From contig CAUYUJ010000237.1 of assembly GCA_963575745.1 (NCBI GenBank), positions 186,001 to 250,000 on the forward strand: 64,000 nt of DNA, read 5' to 3'. The notes under the pieces were generated by a model that had not been told where the DNA came from, did not search any database, and saw only the letters and a program-made list of their open reading frames with translations. Below are positions 10,700 to 30,140 of the stretch, in pieces (within the stretch, counting starts at the first letter, position 1; each line of letters starts with the position of its first letter). The stretch comes from Prorocentrum cordatum. Its lineage: Eukaryota. The translations under genes and the position numbers were made by a program.

Positions 10700-13600
10700 C
10701 TTCGCCTTTACGCGGGGTCTCGTTCTAGGACCGCTTCGACGGCGCCGCGCAGAAGTTCCGGGCCGACCTCAACGGCCACCCCGCCACGCGGGACTAGTAT
10801 ACTACGCAGACCGCCATGTCCCGATTTAATGAGCTGCGCCGCGAGGCGGCGGCCAGGTGCGACAATTTCCAGGGTCAGTTCCAAGTGCGCGATGCCCGCC
10901 CGGCCCCCCGCGACTCCGCCCTCGCCCAGATGTCCGAGCAGATCCGTCACCTGGAGGAGGCCTTCGTTGTGGCCGACAGCCAGACAGCGCGGCCGATCCT
11001 GATCACATCTCCCAGCAATCGATTGCGGCGCGGACGGCGCGGGCCTCGGAATTCACAGCGGCCCCTTCTGCCCGCGTCGACGCGCTCGCCGCCGTCGAGC
11101 CGCGGAGGGCGAGCCGGATTTCGCTCGCGGCGCCAGTGGGGGCCTGCGTACAGCAACCCGTTGGCCAATATGCTCATTCGCAAGGTCGGGCGCCGCTGGC
11201 CCGGCAGCTCGAAGGGCGGGGGAGACTCGACGGCCCGCGCCGGAGGGCGGCCAATGGCGCCCATTCCAAGTTTCTGCTCGCGCCCCGAGCGAGGCCACGG
11301 CCAGGCTACATGTCCTGCGCGACAAGAACCCCGCCAGGTCAAGACAGACATCACGAGCCGCATGGCACAGGCTGCGGTGGCTCCTTTCATCCTGAACTTC
11401 AGGATCTTCTTCGACCGCGACCGGGGCAGGCTCAGCATCGGGCGGGGCGCCCCGTGCAACATCGAGTTTCAGCTTGGCAGCGATAAGATTTCCACCGCGT
11501 GGAACATGGGCACGATCGCTAAGCGCGGGGTCAATTGGCAGGAGCTCGCTGCGGCCGCGAATCCCATTTCCGTGCCCGACTCTGCGCCTGGGTGGTGTTG
11601 TTAGCCGTGTCCTGCGCCCAGTGGTCCGTTCGCCGTTGGAGTTTTTGCGCGACCCAGCGCTTGCTGGATCACTGCCATTCATTGCGCGGAATGCAATGGC
11701 ATCTCCTCAGTTTCATGGAGCTCACGCACGCGAGAGGCTGGGTCATTGGCAGGAGCTCCGTTTTGGACCTTCTGTTGCAGCGCTGCAGGGGGGGGGGGGG
11801 GGGCAATGCGAGGCGCAGCTCCGATCTTTGTTTCGTCGTGTCCTCCCAGGAGCGGCCATCTTGTCCGAGCTTCTGCGGCGAGGTCGGCGCTGGGCGCGCC
11901 CGCTGCGGGATTGCTGCGAACGCGCCAGACAGGCTCGATGGGGGGCTTGCTGCTGCCTTCTCTTCCGGGCGGGCCCCCTTCCTCCGCCCCCCCTGTGCTG
12001 GGCCGTGTCCTTCGCGTTGAGCTCCAGGATAGCAATGCCGGGGTGTTCCAGCGGAACATTCATAGTCGCGATGTAGATCCAGGACAAGTGAGGGACGCGC
12101 GCGCTCAGATTGTTCGCGGCAGGGCCCTGCGCGAGGCTGCGCCTGAAGGCTGCCTGGTCGCAGCACATGGCGAGTGCAAGTTTGCTTCCGAGGAAAGGTC
12201 GAGCTCCTCACGGCCTTCAGAGGCCCGAGCACTTTGTAGGCCTCTGCACGCCCAGGCCCCGACCTGGTCGCGAGCGCCAGACTCTCCGACGGAGATCTCG
12301 CCAGCGGCGGCCACGCGCTTCGATTCCAAATCCGATGCTGTCGCGGCCATCGACGGGTTTGGGCGCTCGTGGCCTTGCTGGATGTTGGCCCAGATTTACA
12401 CCGCCACCCACGTCGCCAATTCCCCAAACGCCCCCATCGCGCGAAAGCCAGTGATCATGCTGCACTGATGGTCTCGTTTCGGCTTCGTCCACAGCCCGCC
12501 TCCGATGATTGCCTCATCCCCAAGTTCATCGCCTCCTTCCCGATCGACCGAAGCGGCGGGGCCCTCGCGCGCTTCTGCTGTTGTTGGCCAGCTTCGCTGC
12601 GAGATCGATATGTCGCCAGTGTGCGCAGCTTGCCGAACGCTTGTTCTTCTCGCACGAGATGGCGCGCGATTTCATTCCCACCCAGGGGTCGGAGGTGGTG
12701 CCCTTTCGCTTGGCGTCGATTCAGAGATGGCCCAATGAGGTGCAACTGCGCGCTGCTGAGCTCGATCGTTTCGCGATTCGCTCGAGGACGGGGGGCTCGT
12801 CGCGGGAGACACGTCGCATGGCTCAGGTTAGACAACAGATTCGAGCGATTGAACGCCGCGCTCTTCTGCGGGCCCCCTGCTCGCGCCGATCGGCACCGCG
12901 CTCGATCGCGCTCAGCGGGGCCGCGACTGATGGGGGGGCAAGTTCGCTTGAGAGCTTTCGTTCGGCATTGGGGGCCTACCTTCTCTCGGGCACCGCGGGC
13001 CTCCAGTTCGGCCAATGCTTATGTCGACCGCTTCGCGACGCCCGTGGGCCTCGGAGAATGTCCGCCGCCGTCGCTCGCCACCTCTGGCATAGTTGCGCTG
13101 GGGGCCCACGACTCCGCCCCCAGTTGCCGCAGATGGCGCCAGGCCGCTCGGCTCGCGCGCCCCAAGGCCCAGTTCTCTCGCGCGAGGCCCCGCCGCGGGC
13201 GACGGCGGGGAACGCCTTCGTTCCGGCCGAAGGTCTCACGGCGCAGGGTCTCTGCCCAGGACGGCGCGGCGGGGGGATTGCCGAGGGGGGGGGGGCCTCC
13301 TCGGCCCGAGCCCGGGGGTCCGAAATTCTGGCGTCGGGCAGCTGTCCGCGGTCGCCAACGACGGCGCGCGGCGCCCTCTCGATCGGCCCGCTCCCTGGGG
13401 GCAGCGGGGACCCATCGGGAAGGGGGCGCTTTGGCGTCGACGGGCTGGAGCTGGGCGCCCAGGCCCGCGCGCGCTCCGCCCGCCCTGTGGCGGGCCTCGA
13501 CTGCCCTGCCCCGCGCGCCCTCGACCACGGCCGCGCGCCCCCCGGCCTGTCGCAGGAGCTCGCGCTCCTGATGTCGCTCGGCTGGGCTGCCTGACAGCGC

Positions 13601-15175
13601 TGATCACGCCCGCCAGGTCTTAGAGCGGGTCGAGAGGGCCATGGCAATGCGAGGCCTCGTCTCCAAGCTTTCTGGATCAGGTCCGGGTTCCCTTGGTGGC
13701 GCGCGTTGTCGGGCTCGTTCTGCGCCGCGGCCCCCGCGCCCGCGCTGCTCGATCTCCGCCCGCGCTCCGGGGCGACGAAGTCGGGGATCGACCGTGCTTG
13801 CGCCGGCGACGTGGGTGGCGTTGTGAAGTCTTGCGGCTGCTGATCCAGCCTAAGGCGGAGCACGCATGCCGTGGACCTGGCGGCCCGCCTTGAGCTGAAG
13901 CCAGGCAAGCGCGTCGCCGTCTCCGCCCCTGGACCATTCAGCCAAGTGATTTTCGCGCGCTGTTCTAATTGGCGCGGGCAACGCACCAGCTTCCCGTTCG
14001 AAAACATTGCGCAGCTCGCGTTGCCCTTCGACCCTCTGCAATGCGAGGCAGTTGTTTCCGCCCTCGCCTCGCGCGAAGGATTGTGGAGCTGGTGCCCCTG
14101 CTGAGGTCTTTCGGCTCCCTCTTGGATCCCGTCGAAATCACGGCTGGCTCCGCTTCAGAGAGTATCAGAGAGTGATGGAATGTCCCCAGTGCGCCCCCGC
14201 TCGAGATCATCAGCATTGCCCCCCTCGCTCGCTCCGCCGTCGTCGCCCTTCGCGAACCTGCCCACATTTGCAAGTGGGGCGGCTCGATAAACCGACTCGC
14301 CCGAGGTGCCCCCTGTGGGCAAATAGCGCCCCGACCACTGGCATGCCTCAGAGTGCGCGGGGTATATTGAGCGCGCGGTCGCGGGCCTCGACGGAGAGAC
14401 GCGCGCTGCCGCTGCTCGTGCCCGTCATTCTCCCCGTTCGCCCATGCCCCCGCCCAAGCCCCAGCGTCTGGCAGACGTCGGGCGCCTGGCCCGCCAGCAC
14501 ATCCGTCTCCAGGGCCATTTGGTTTCGCGGCTGAAGAAGCGGAGGCCCGAGCGCGGGCATGACATTGATGCGGCGAGCTGGGGCTTTGCCCGCGAGGCGT
14601 CGGGAAAAGTTGTTCCGCGCGCCGCTGGGGTTTGGATGCGGACCTTGGCAGAGGGGGTGAGTGGCGAGCCATCGCATCCTCCCTGAGCACGGTGGGACAG
14701 GCTACGTTTTCCGCTGCACAGCGCGAGCTCGACCGCCAGTGCCAATACCTTTGTTGCTCTCGCCTGGCTTGGCCCATCTCGTCGGCGCGTCATTGTCGCG
14801 CTCTCTCCCCTGGCAGCTTGGCCACGCGGGGCATTCCGAGGCTCGCCGTCCCAGCCGCGGGGGAAGTTTACACAGTTTGGCGCATGTATCGCTCTCTTCG
14901 CCGACTCCCTGTTTCTGCTCTCCCCAACCCTTCCGCCAATCTGAATGCGGCGCGGGCCGCCCTGCGCGACCTCGACTTGGTCACGCCGCCCACCAACGCG
15001 CGCCCAGGGCGGGGGTCCATCGAAGGGCACCTCGTCGACGTTGCTCCGCTTGCCTCTTCATGTCACTTCGGCTTCCTCGGTGTTCACAGCAGTGCTGAAT
15101 GGCCCCCTCTCCCGAATTGGTTTTGGCCCGCGGGCTCGCCGTTATTCTTGCTGGCTTTCCCCGCGCCTTTGTTGC
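10700..15175 (+). mobile_element. Degenerate non-LTR retrotransposon (LINE): ORF1-like region, APE endonuclease, partial RT approach, C-terminal Cys/His knuckle
   Basis: ORF 10816-11604 has a helical N-terminus. Ordered decayed APE motifs follow: MELTH (~QETH), NIH, GECKF (~GDFNF), AIDGF (~RIDR), SDHAAL (~12460). HDSAP (~SAPGPDG) at ~13110 and CPQCAPARDHQHC at ~14180. No YADD was found, so the RT core appears deleted or unrecognisable. Confidence 0.75.
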
Positions 15176-20014
<4,839 letters not shown>

Positions 20015-21088
20015 TCTCATATGACTTTGAAGCTCCAGCCCCGGCGCCCCGGAGCTTCCGCGCGCTCTCGCGGGCGCTTGCGAGTGCCCCGGGGGCCGCC
20101 TGAGAGCGCGCGCGAGCGCCTGGGAGCGCCTGCGCGCGCTTGCGAGCGCTTGCGAGTGCGGGGGGGAAGCGCTCGGGAACGCATGCGAACGCTTGGGAAC
20201 TCATGGGGGCGCGCGGGAGCGCCTGCGCCCCCGCTTGGTATCGCTTTCGAGCGCGGGGCGGGGGCGCCCAGGCGCGCGCGCGAGGCGCCTGCTTCCAAAC
20301 CGCCGCCCGCCATAACAAATCTCCAGTCAAAGAAGGTCCGCCGTCAGTTATTCACTGGGAGCTTGAACTCATTGATTTGAGCTTTCCTGTTTCGCCGCCA
20401 TTTTGGCATATGGTGTGCTTTCTTTCGCTTCCGGTGTGATCTCCTCATCCTGTTTCGATTGGCGACCACGCTACCCGCGCCTTCGCATCCGCTCCTCGTC
20501 ATCATCACCATCATCATCATGTTTATCCTCGTTTGTCTGCACCTTTCATTGCGCGCTGGGTCTCGCACATCATTGGTTGCGCACTGTTTGGAGCAATCAT
20601 GCAGACCTGTCGAATGCTTGTAAGAGCTGCGCCATCGCAGGTTCGAAGCTGCCTTGCGACGTACTCAATTCAACAACTGGACCAAGCAGTTTACCAAGGT
20701 TGTCACGGAGGATGGCATAACAAAGGCCATTATTTTCGCGAAGGCTACACTGGAGGCCTACGCTTTTTACGACTCACTGGATACCGATACGAGGACGAGG
20801 GCGGGATGGACGAAGTCAACCCGCCGACTCGAAAGAGGAGGGTACGGAGACGGAGGAGGAAGATGAGGAAGAGGAGGAGGAGGAGGAGGAGGAGGAGGAG
20901 GAGGAGGAGGGGAAAGAGGTGGAAGAAGAGGAAGGCGGGAGGGTGACAGGTCGTCGAGGCAGCAGCAGTAGGAAGGGGGAGGGAGGAAGAAGACGACGAC
21001 GAGGCAGGGGGAGGGAAAAGGGCAGGGGCGATTTCTCCAGTTTCGGTGATGATTGGCGCCACTGCGGCGTCGAAGCGGTCGGGTACAG

Positions 21089-21465
21089 TTAACACAGAAA
21101 TTGAGCGAGGCTATGCGTTGCCAGCTGCTCGGCCTCGCCCCAGCGCCTTTCAGCGCAGGGGTCAAATGCGCGCAGGCGCGCCGCCAGGTCCGCGGGCGGC
21201 CCGCGGGGCAAGAGCTCTGGCCCTGGGCCCCGCATCAACATGATATGCTTGACCTTCGTGGCCCTGGAGAGCATCGCGTAGAGATGCAACCACGCGGCGT
21301 CCAGGTCGTCCGGGTCCTTGCGTTCGGCGTCGACCACGTGCATTGTGCGGCCCTGACAGGCCGGGGAGTCAGGACTTGGGCGGGGAAGTTGGCCAGGCCA
21401 ATGCGCGTGACCTCGACTTGCGGAAATCGGATGCGCTCGAGGCCTGCGATTCGATGAAGGCCAGG
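21089..21465 (-). pseudogene. PIF1-family (SF1B) helicase C-terminal remnant, Helitron Rep/Hel-like, frameshifted
   Basis: VTRIGLANFPAQVLT-(frameshift)-ACQGRTMHVVD...WLHLYAMLSRATKVKHI matches PIF1 motif V (T.HKSQG.T) and motif VI (YVALSRA) in order and spacing. Truncated upstream by a satellite. Confidence 0.75.
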
Positions 21466-22450
21466 GATGGCGAGGTGTACTCTGAACCTCGTAGGGCGTT
21501 ATTGTGCTGCCCCCCCCACCAGTTTTCGAACGTGGCGAAGATGTCGCGTTTCGCAGCCTCCCTCCGGCAGGGACGGCGATGTTTAGTGCGAGTCTCTTTG
21601 GAGCTTCGCGACAGTTTCGCAGTTCGCAACCCGCCAGAGCTTGCGAGGTCCAGTCTGAACATGGTTAGGGTGTCGCTGCGCTGGGCCCCCCCCACAGCCC
21701 TCGAAAGTGGCGGCCGCTTCGCACTTCGCAGCCCCCCAGGGATGGCGCGATCTGAGTTGAATCCCCGTGTGACGCCACAGCGCTGTGCCACGCATCCGTT
21801 TCCGAACGTGGCGACAATTTCGCAACTCACAGCCCTCAGGGACGGCGGGGTCTAGTCTGAATCCCCACGTGACGCCAGTGCGCTGGGCACACCAACGGCT
21901 TTTCGAAGGTGGCGCTCGCAGCCCACAGGGATGGCGAGGTGTAGTCTGAGCCCCCTGTATGACGTCATTGTGTTGTGCCCTCCAGGCGCCTTCGAAAGTG
22001 GCGACGCTAATGTCCCGCATCGCAGTTCGCAGCCACCCGTGGGTGGCGAAGTTTTGTATGAATCCCCTTTACGACGTCACTTCGTTGTGCCCCACCCCCG
22101 CCAGCAGTTCTCGAAAGCGGTGGCAATTCGCAGCCCCCCTAAGGCTGGTGAGGTCGAGCCTGCAACCCCGTATGACGTCGCTGCGCTGCCCCCCCCCCCC
22201 CCCCAACAGCCGTCGAAGTTGGCAGCAGTTTCTTGGTTCGCAGCCCTTCAGGGACGGCAAGGCTTAATCTGAATCCCCGTGCGGCGTCATTGCGATGTGC
22301 ACACACGCAGCCTTTCTAAGGTGGCGAATTTTTCGCACGTCGCAGCACCCCAGGTATGGCGAGGTCGAATATGAATTTCCGTTTGGCTTTATTGTGTTGT
22401 GCCCACCAGTTGCTTCGCAATTGGGGACAGTTTCACGATTCGCAGCCTCC
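21462..22450 (-). repeat. Diverged ~100-105-bp tandem satellite (about 10 units), inverted relative of 40598-41950
   Basis: Recurring gtggcgacaatttcgca..ttcgcagccc..agggatggcgaggt, the reverse complement of the 40.6-kb unit. Confidence 0.8.
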
Positions 22451-22569
22451 AACCATTGCGAGGGAGGCAGGCAGGTAGGAGGCAGGCAGGAAGTAGGGGG
22501 CTGGCAGGAGGCGAGAGGGTAGTCACAAGAAAAAGATATAGAGGGAGAGCGACAGAGACATAACTAATA

Positions 22570-24555
<1,986 letters not shown>

Positions 24556-24562
24556 AAGAATC

Positions 24563-25002
24563 GAGAGAGAGAGAGAGAGAGAGCGAGAGTGATACAGAGA
24601 GAGGAGTATTAGTAGTAGTAGAGAGAGTGAGAGATAGAGAGAGAGGGGGAGAGATAAACAAAAGAGAGAGAGAGAGAGACAAAGGGAGCAGGAGAGAGGG
24701 GAGGAGGGAGTAGGAGAAAACGCGTCCGTGATGCGCTATTCCGAACGAGGACCCAATTACGGGTCGGGAATTCCAGCTTCAGTTGTTTGGTCCACGCTGC
24801 CAACTGCAATCTTATAGGTATGTATGTATGTATGGGTGTACACAATATTTGGCATTCCTCCTTCCCCCTCTATTGTTTAGGTGTCTCTCTCTCTATTTCT
24901 ATCGTGATCCCCCTTCCTGTGTTGTTGTTTCTCTCTCTCGTTATAGTTATATTATTGCTTGTTGTTTTCTCTCTCTCTCTCTCACTCTCTCTCTCTCTTT
25001 CC

Positions 25003-25044
<42 letters not shown>

Positions 25045-25240
25045 ATGATGATATTTCTCTCTGCCTCTGTCTCGCTCTCTCTCTCTCTCTCCCTCTCTAT
25101 GTATAGTTGTTTCCTTATTTATCTTTCTCTCTCTCTCTCTGTCTCTCTCCCTCTTCATGGACCTCCCTCTCTCTCTCCCTATCTTTCTCTCTCTCTCTCT
25201 CCCTCCCTCTCTCCCTCCCTCTCTCCTTCCCTCTCTCTGT
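24563..25240. repeat. (GA)n and (CT)n tracts flanking a short unique core
   Basis: GA-rich 24563-24718 and CT-rich 24880-25240. Confidence 0.9.
24717..24769 (-). mobile_element. Isolated 5' terminus related to the satellite-carrying element
   Basis: Minus strand reads tcccgacccgtaattgggtcctcgtt, compared with tcccaacc...ttgggtcctcgtt at 45545. Confidence 0.55.
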
Positions 25241-26751
25241 CCTTTGATGCTGTTGTTTTTCCTTGTACTTTCCGATACCATACCCTATCCCCGCTCCGCT
25301 CACATCAATGATCCCCTCTCGCCCCCCCTCCCCCCACGCCGTGCTTCGATTCTCCTGAAGCGCAGCAAGGCTACCTTTGGCGCAGGCCGGCTTCTGCATC
25401 TTTGGCGGTGGTCACTCTGCATCGGCGCATGAACCAAATGCAATGTACAGAGAGCGCCTTTGTGGGCGAGTGCGCAGCATTGCGCATTCGTCAATTTTAG
25501 AGCTCATTCGGATGTTTATGGTACTCCTTCCGCCGTAATCTGCCACCGAAAAACATGTCTACATGAGTCAGCATGCGGTAAACAGTTTTTTTGTTTTCTG
25601 GAGCCGACGCATGCCTTCCTTGCCAGTTTTACAAAGTGGCACCTCTCATGTTCAAACCAGGTGGCGGCTCATGTCATGAACGAACTGTCTGGTTACGTGC
25701 ATGTTGTGGTGATACGGGTGGCCAGTGTTCTTCATGTCCTCTCCTGCTATCTCGCATGTCTCTCCTGAGTTCTGACCGCGGGCTGTCTTCTACGTCGAAG
25801 GTGCCCCGACCGCGTAGGAAGCATTGCCCCTGCCTGGCTACCCTGCAGGAGTGTATGTGTACACGGCTGGCGACGTGTGCGTGTCTGTGCGACTGCCACT
25901 TGAGCAGCGACGCAAAACCACGGGGCCGTCTGCGCCAGCACGGGCGCGTTCGTGGCCCGCGCATGGCCGTGCGTTAGCGCCCCCAATGGTGGCTTGCTGC
26001 GCTGGCGGCCCGCGCAGGCCACCGCGCAAGGTCGCTCTGCCATCTCGCGTGAGACCCGCTTCTGCCGTCGCTCGCTTGCTCCCGCACTGGTGCACATGCT
26101 GCTCCTGCCGGCGCAAGTGGCTGCTGCTCTTGCTGCCGCTCCTTGCCCGCTGCACCGGGTTCCTCTCGGCTGGCTCCCCCTGGCGTCGGACCTCCACGGT
26201 GGCTCCTCTGGCACCGGCACCGCTGGGCGGGGGGAGGGGGAGGGGGAGGAAGAGAAGCACATGGAGGAGGAGGAGGAGGAGGAGGAGGAGGAGGAGGGGA
26301 AGGAAGAGAACCAAATGGAGGAGGAGGAGGAGGAGGAGGAGAACCAACATGAGTGCGTGCATAATGACGATCGCGTGGGGGAGGAGACGCCCCGGCCGTG
26401 GGCGTCGGGCTCTGTCCGCAGGCGCCTCTCGTGGCGACGCCTCGACCGTGGGCGCGCCTTCGGCGCAGGGGGCCCTGGAGGCTCCAAAGGAGCTGCGCGG
26501 AGTGCCGACGTGCCAGTATAGTGTGGAGTAGGTGGAGGCCGCCTAGACAGCAAGCATCCTCTGACGTCGTCGTGAAGCACAGAGAATAGAGGCCACCCCG
26601 CCATGCGTCCGACGCGCTCCCTCCCCCATCGAGTGTCCGGAGGAGGAGCAGGAGGAGGAACAGGAGGAGGAGGGCCATTGGTCTGGGATTGGTCTGCTGG
26701 GCGCTCATGTCGCGGCTGCAGCAACACAGGCGGGTCAGCCTAGTACCACCC

Positions 26752-26850
26752 TGCGCGAGATATGCCGCAGTTTATTGCCTCGTCGAGGCGGCGGAGACGC
26801 TGGCGCGGGCTTTCAAGGATGAACCCCTCCAGTAGCCTGAACCAGGCGAC
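26752..26850 (-). CDS. Candidate exon of an unidentified multi-exon minus-strand gene
   Basis: VAWFRLLEGFILESPRQRLRRLDEAINCGISR is amphipathic and protein-like. Boundaries approximate. Confidence 0.45.
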
Positions 26851-28049
26851 TTTTGAGCTATCCCCGTTGCTGGGTAGCGGAGATCGATCAAAATTGAGCG
26901 ATCCACGCGGTGCCCTCGGTGTGAGGAGGAGGAGGAGGAGGCCCTCCTCCTCCGCCTGGATTATACTTCTCCCCCTCTCCTTCTCATTCGCGCCCGACAT
27001 CCATGTGGACACGGCCTGAGCCAGCCATCGGCTCTGTGCGAGGGCGTCGCCCCTCCCACAATCGCGGTAGTCGACCCCCTCGGGGGTGGAGGGTTTCTCC
27101 GAAGGGCATAGGCGACCCCTCCTCATCCTCCTCCTCCTCCTCCTCCTCCTCCTCCTCCTCCTCCTCCTCATCCTCCTCCTCCTCCTCCTCCTCCTCCTCC
27201 TCCTCCCCCTCCCCCTCCTCCACCTCCTCCTTCTCGGGTCGCCTACGGCCCGGGGGAAACCGTGCACCCCGGGGACTTCGGAGCATTCGCCCCACAGGGC
27301 TCGACTGCAGGGCTTGTCCACTCGCATCGACCGTCGCAGGGGCACCGAGCGCAGGGTACAGGAGTGCCAGGTGACGCCAAGGAGGCCTCGGCGTCTGGCT
27401 CTTCCGAGCGGCGACTCTTGCGCAGCAGTCTTCGCACTCCATCGACTTGCCAGATGTCGGCTCGCTCGCAATCGGACGAGGAAGCGGAGGAGGCTAAGGA
27501 GGAGGAGGAGGAGGAGGAGGAGGAGGAGGTCGAGGAGGAGCGGGGTACGGCTCGCTCTCTGTAAGTATGAGTTGTTACAATCGTGATGCCGTCGGCTTGT
27601 TCGTGAGGCTTCACTGCGAGGTCCGACTCCCTCGCTGGTCCTGCTGGACCCTCCGCAACAGACGTGTTGCCGTCAGCTGTGAGCAGCTGCCAGCTGTTAG
27701 CTCCCGGCTTTGCTCTATGGTCATCCTGCGTGCTCCCAGAGAAGGTCGCTTGCCGATCCTAGACTTCGTGCTCGGGTGGCGCACACCTCATTTCTCGCGA
27801 TGCGAATTCCATTGTGCCCACATGCCCTCAAGGTCGGGCGGGTAGGGCCGTCAGGATTGGTGCCACCAATGACTGCAAGCTCTGCGACTGGGAGCGCTAC
27901 TCTTCCCCCACCTGCGGACCACTGTGGGCTGCAGCCCAGCAGTCACAGTGAATTGGCTTTGGCAGCCCACCGTACCGCTACTCAAATGTGGTCGCGTACA
28001 GTTTTGCGTGAAATGCCACATGCTTTTTCCAGGGAGCAAGCTTGCACAC

Positions 28050-28100
28050 GAAAGCTAAAATCCAGCTTCTCCAGCGTGCGCGAGCTCGTCAACGCGCTCC
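28050..28100 (-). CDS. Candidate micro-exon, weakly LRR-like
   Basis: cacag acceptor then SALTSSRTLEKLDFSF, resembling LxxLxLs. Too short to be certain. Confidence 0.3.
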
Positions 28101-28599
28101 TGTGAGACGTCAAATCACTCCGTGGAGTAGAGCCGTCTGCGAACGCTTCTCCCGCGATGGCTCAAGGATGATCCCGTTCCACCAGGACCTCGCACGACGC
28201 ACTTGGGGCATCCAGAAGTGGCACAGGATCGTCCTTTGTTGTCTGTCACACATCGATAATCAAAACGTGGGTTCGGGGTTGCACCCTGCCCCTGCACATG
28301 CCTGCTGCGTAAACGCTTGCTGTAGCCATGCGCACACCGCATGTACTGTCAATGTATGGCCGCTCCCCGTGCTTTTGGCACGACCCCTGTGATGCTGAGC
28401 CGCCCGCCTTGCTGTGCGCTCTCCGGGTAAACAACATCCGCATCGAAATAGATTGCTTTGCTCCTGCACTCCAGATTTCTTCCTGCTTAGCGCAAGCCTG
28501 GCCTTCTAGCCCACTGTGTGTGGCGAGCCAGGCTAAAAATGATGCTACTCCCCGGTCGGCTGGCGGTGGCCCGGGGATGTCCCGCAGGTTAGTTGGCGG

Positions 28600-29490
28600 T
28601 AGTCTTGGGGTGTTCCGATGGTGTCTCGGTAAGTTCGTGTCCCGATGGTGTCTCGATGGTGCCCCGATGGTGCTCCGATGGTGTCCCGATTGTGCCTCGA
28701 TGGTGTCCCGATGGTGTGCCGGTGGTGTTCCGTTGACGTTCCGGTGGTGTCACTTATTAGTCTCTAGGGCGTCCCGATGGGGCCCCATCGTGACACCGAT
28801 GGTGCGGTCGATCATGAGACCGATAGATCGATAGTGAGATCGACGAAAGGTAGTGAGATCGATTGCTGAACCGATAGTGAGACCGATAGTGAGACCGATA
28901 GTGAGATCGATAGTGAGATCGATGGTGATATCGGCAACGAGACCTATACTGAGGCCGATTGTGAGATCGATAGACAGATAGTGCACGGATGGACCACAAG
29001 GGTGTCCCGATGTTGTCCCATGGTGTTCTGATCGTGTCTGGTGGCATTTATTGCTAGGGACTTACGGCCCGTGCCGCCGACCCTGAAGACGACGACGATG
29101 AATACGAGGAGGAGGAGGAGGAGGAGGAGGGGGATTAAGGTTGAATGGAGCAGGAGATGACGCCGACGCTTCCCTTCGCACACGTTCCTCCTCATCCCCT
29201 GTCTCATTACACTCAGATCACTCATGCGCAGGCGCACTTGCATTCATATTACACATACCCAGACGCACTCACACTCAGGCTCACTCATATTCATGTTCAA
29301 CACGCAAGGTCACTCATACGCATTCAGATACAATCTTGTTCAGGTATAATCTGGCCCAGATACACTCACACTCAGACCCATTTCTCCCACCCAGGCACAT
29401 GCACACTCAGAGTCACTCTCACTCAGACCCACTCACACTCAGGCTCACTCACCCAGACCACTTACCCTCGGGCTAGCCTCACACTCAATT
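28600..29490. repeat. Cluster of short-period repeats: cgatggtgtc-like, 12-bp gaccgatagtga, actcacactcag
   Basis: Visible at 28615-28805, 28815-28985 and 29205-29490. Confidence 0.85.
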
Positions 29491-30140
29491 TGCGAGGATA
29501 TCTCAAGCGAGGCGCTGATCTCAGCACCCCAAGGGGGGGGGGCGCCAGGGGGTATTTCATGGGCACGGTGGCGCCCAGATCGAGGGGGTGTCTGAAGCGG
29601 TTGGCCTGTTCGGTGGCTTGAATTTCAGTGCGTTCAACGCAGACTGTAAGGCTGCCTCAAGCGAGGCGTTGGGTTCAGCACCCCTGGGGGGAGGGGGGCC
29701 AGGGAGTATCCCACGGGCCCGTTCGCACTCATATTGCTGGGATGTCTCGGGCGGGTTGCATGTTCGGTCGCTTGGTTCTCGGCGCTTTCACTGAGAAATA
29801 TGAGGATGCCTCAAGTGAGGCGCTGGCTTCAGCACCCCAAGGGGGAGCCGCCAGGGGGTATTTCATGGGCCCGACTGCGCCCACGTTATGGTGATGTATC
29901 AGGCGGTTTGCTTGTTTGGTGGCTTGGACCTCGGTGCTTTCAGAGCAGACTGCGAGGCTGTCTCAAGCGAGGCGCTGGTTTCAGCACTGCAAGTGGGAGC
30001 CGCCAGGAGGTATTTCTAAGGCCCACTCGCGCCTAGAATGTGGGGATGGGTTGTCTTAGGCGGTTTGCCTGTTTGGTGGCTTGGACTTCGATGCTTCCAG
30101 AGCAGATGGTGAAGATGTTTCAAGCGAGGCGCTGGTGTCA
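29490..30140. repeat. ~154-bp tandem repeat, about 4 copies
   Basis: Anchor caag(c/t)gaggcg at 29504, 29658, 29812, 29964 and 30121. Confidence 0.9.

Noticed and set aside
11053..14777. Many overlapping Arg/Ala/Pro/Gly-rich ORFs on both strands
   Set aside because: They reflect stop-codon scarcity in very GC-rich decayed LINE sequence. Only the plus-strand motifs are meaningful.
20397..20407. GCCATTTTGGC, part of the dinoflagellate spliced leader
   Set aside because: Only 11 nt and missing the TCAAG end, so compatible with chance.
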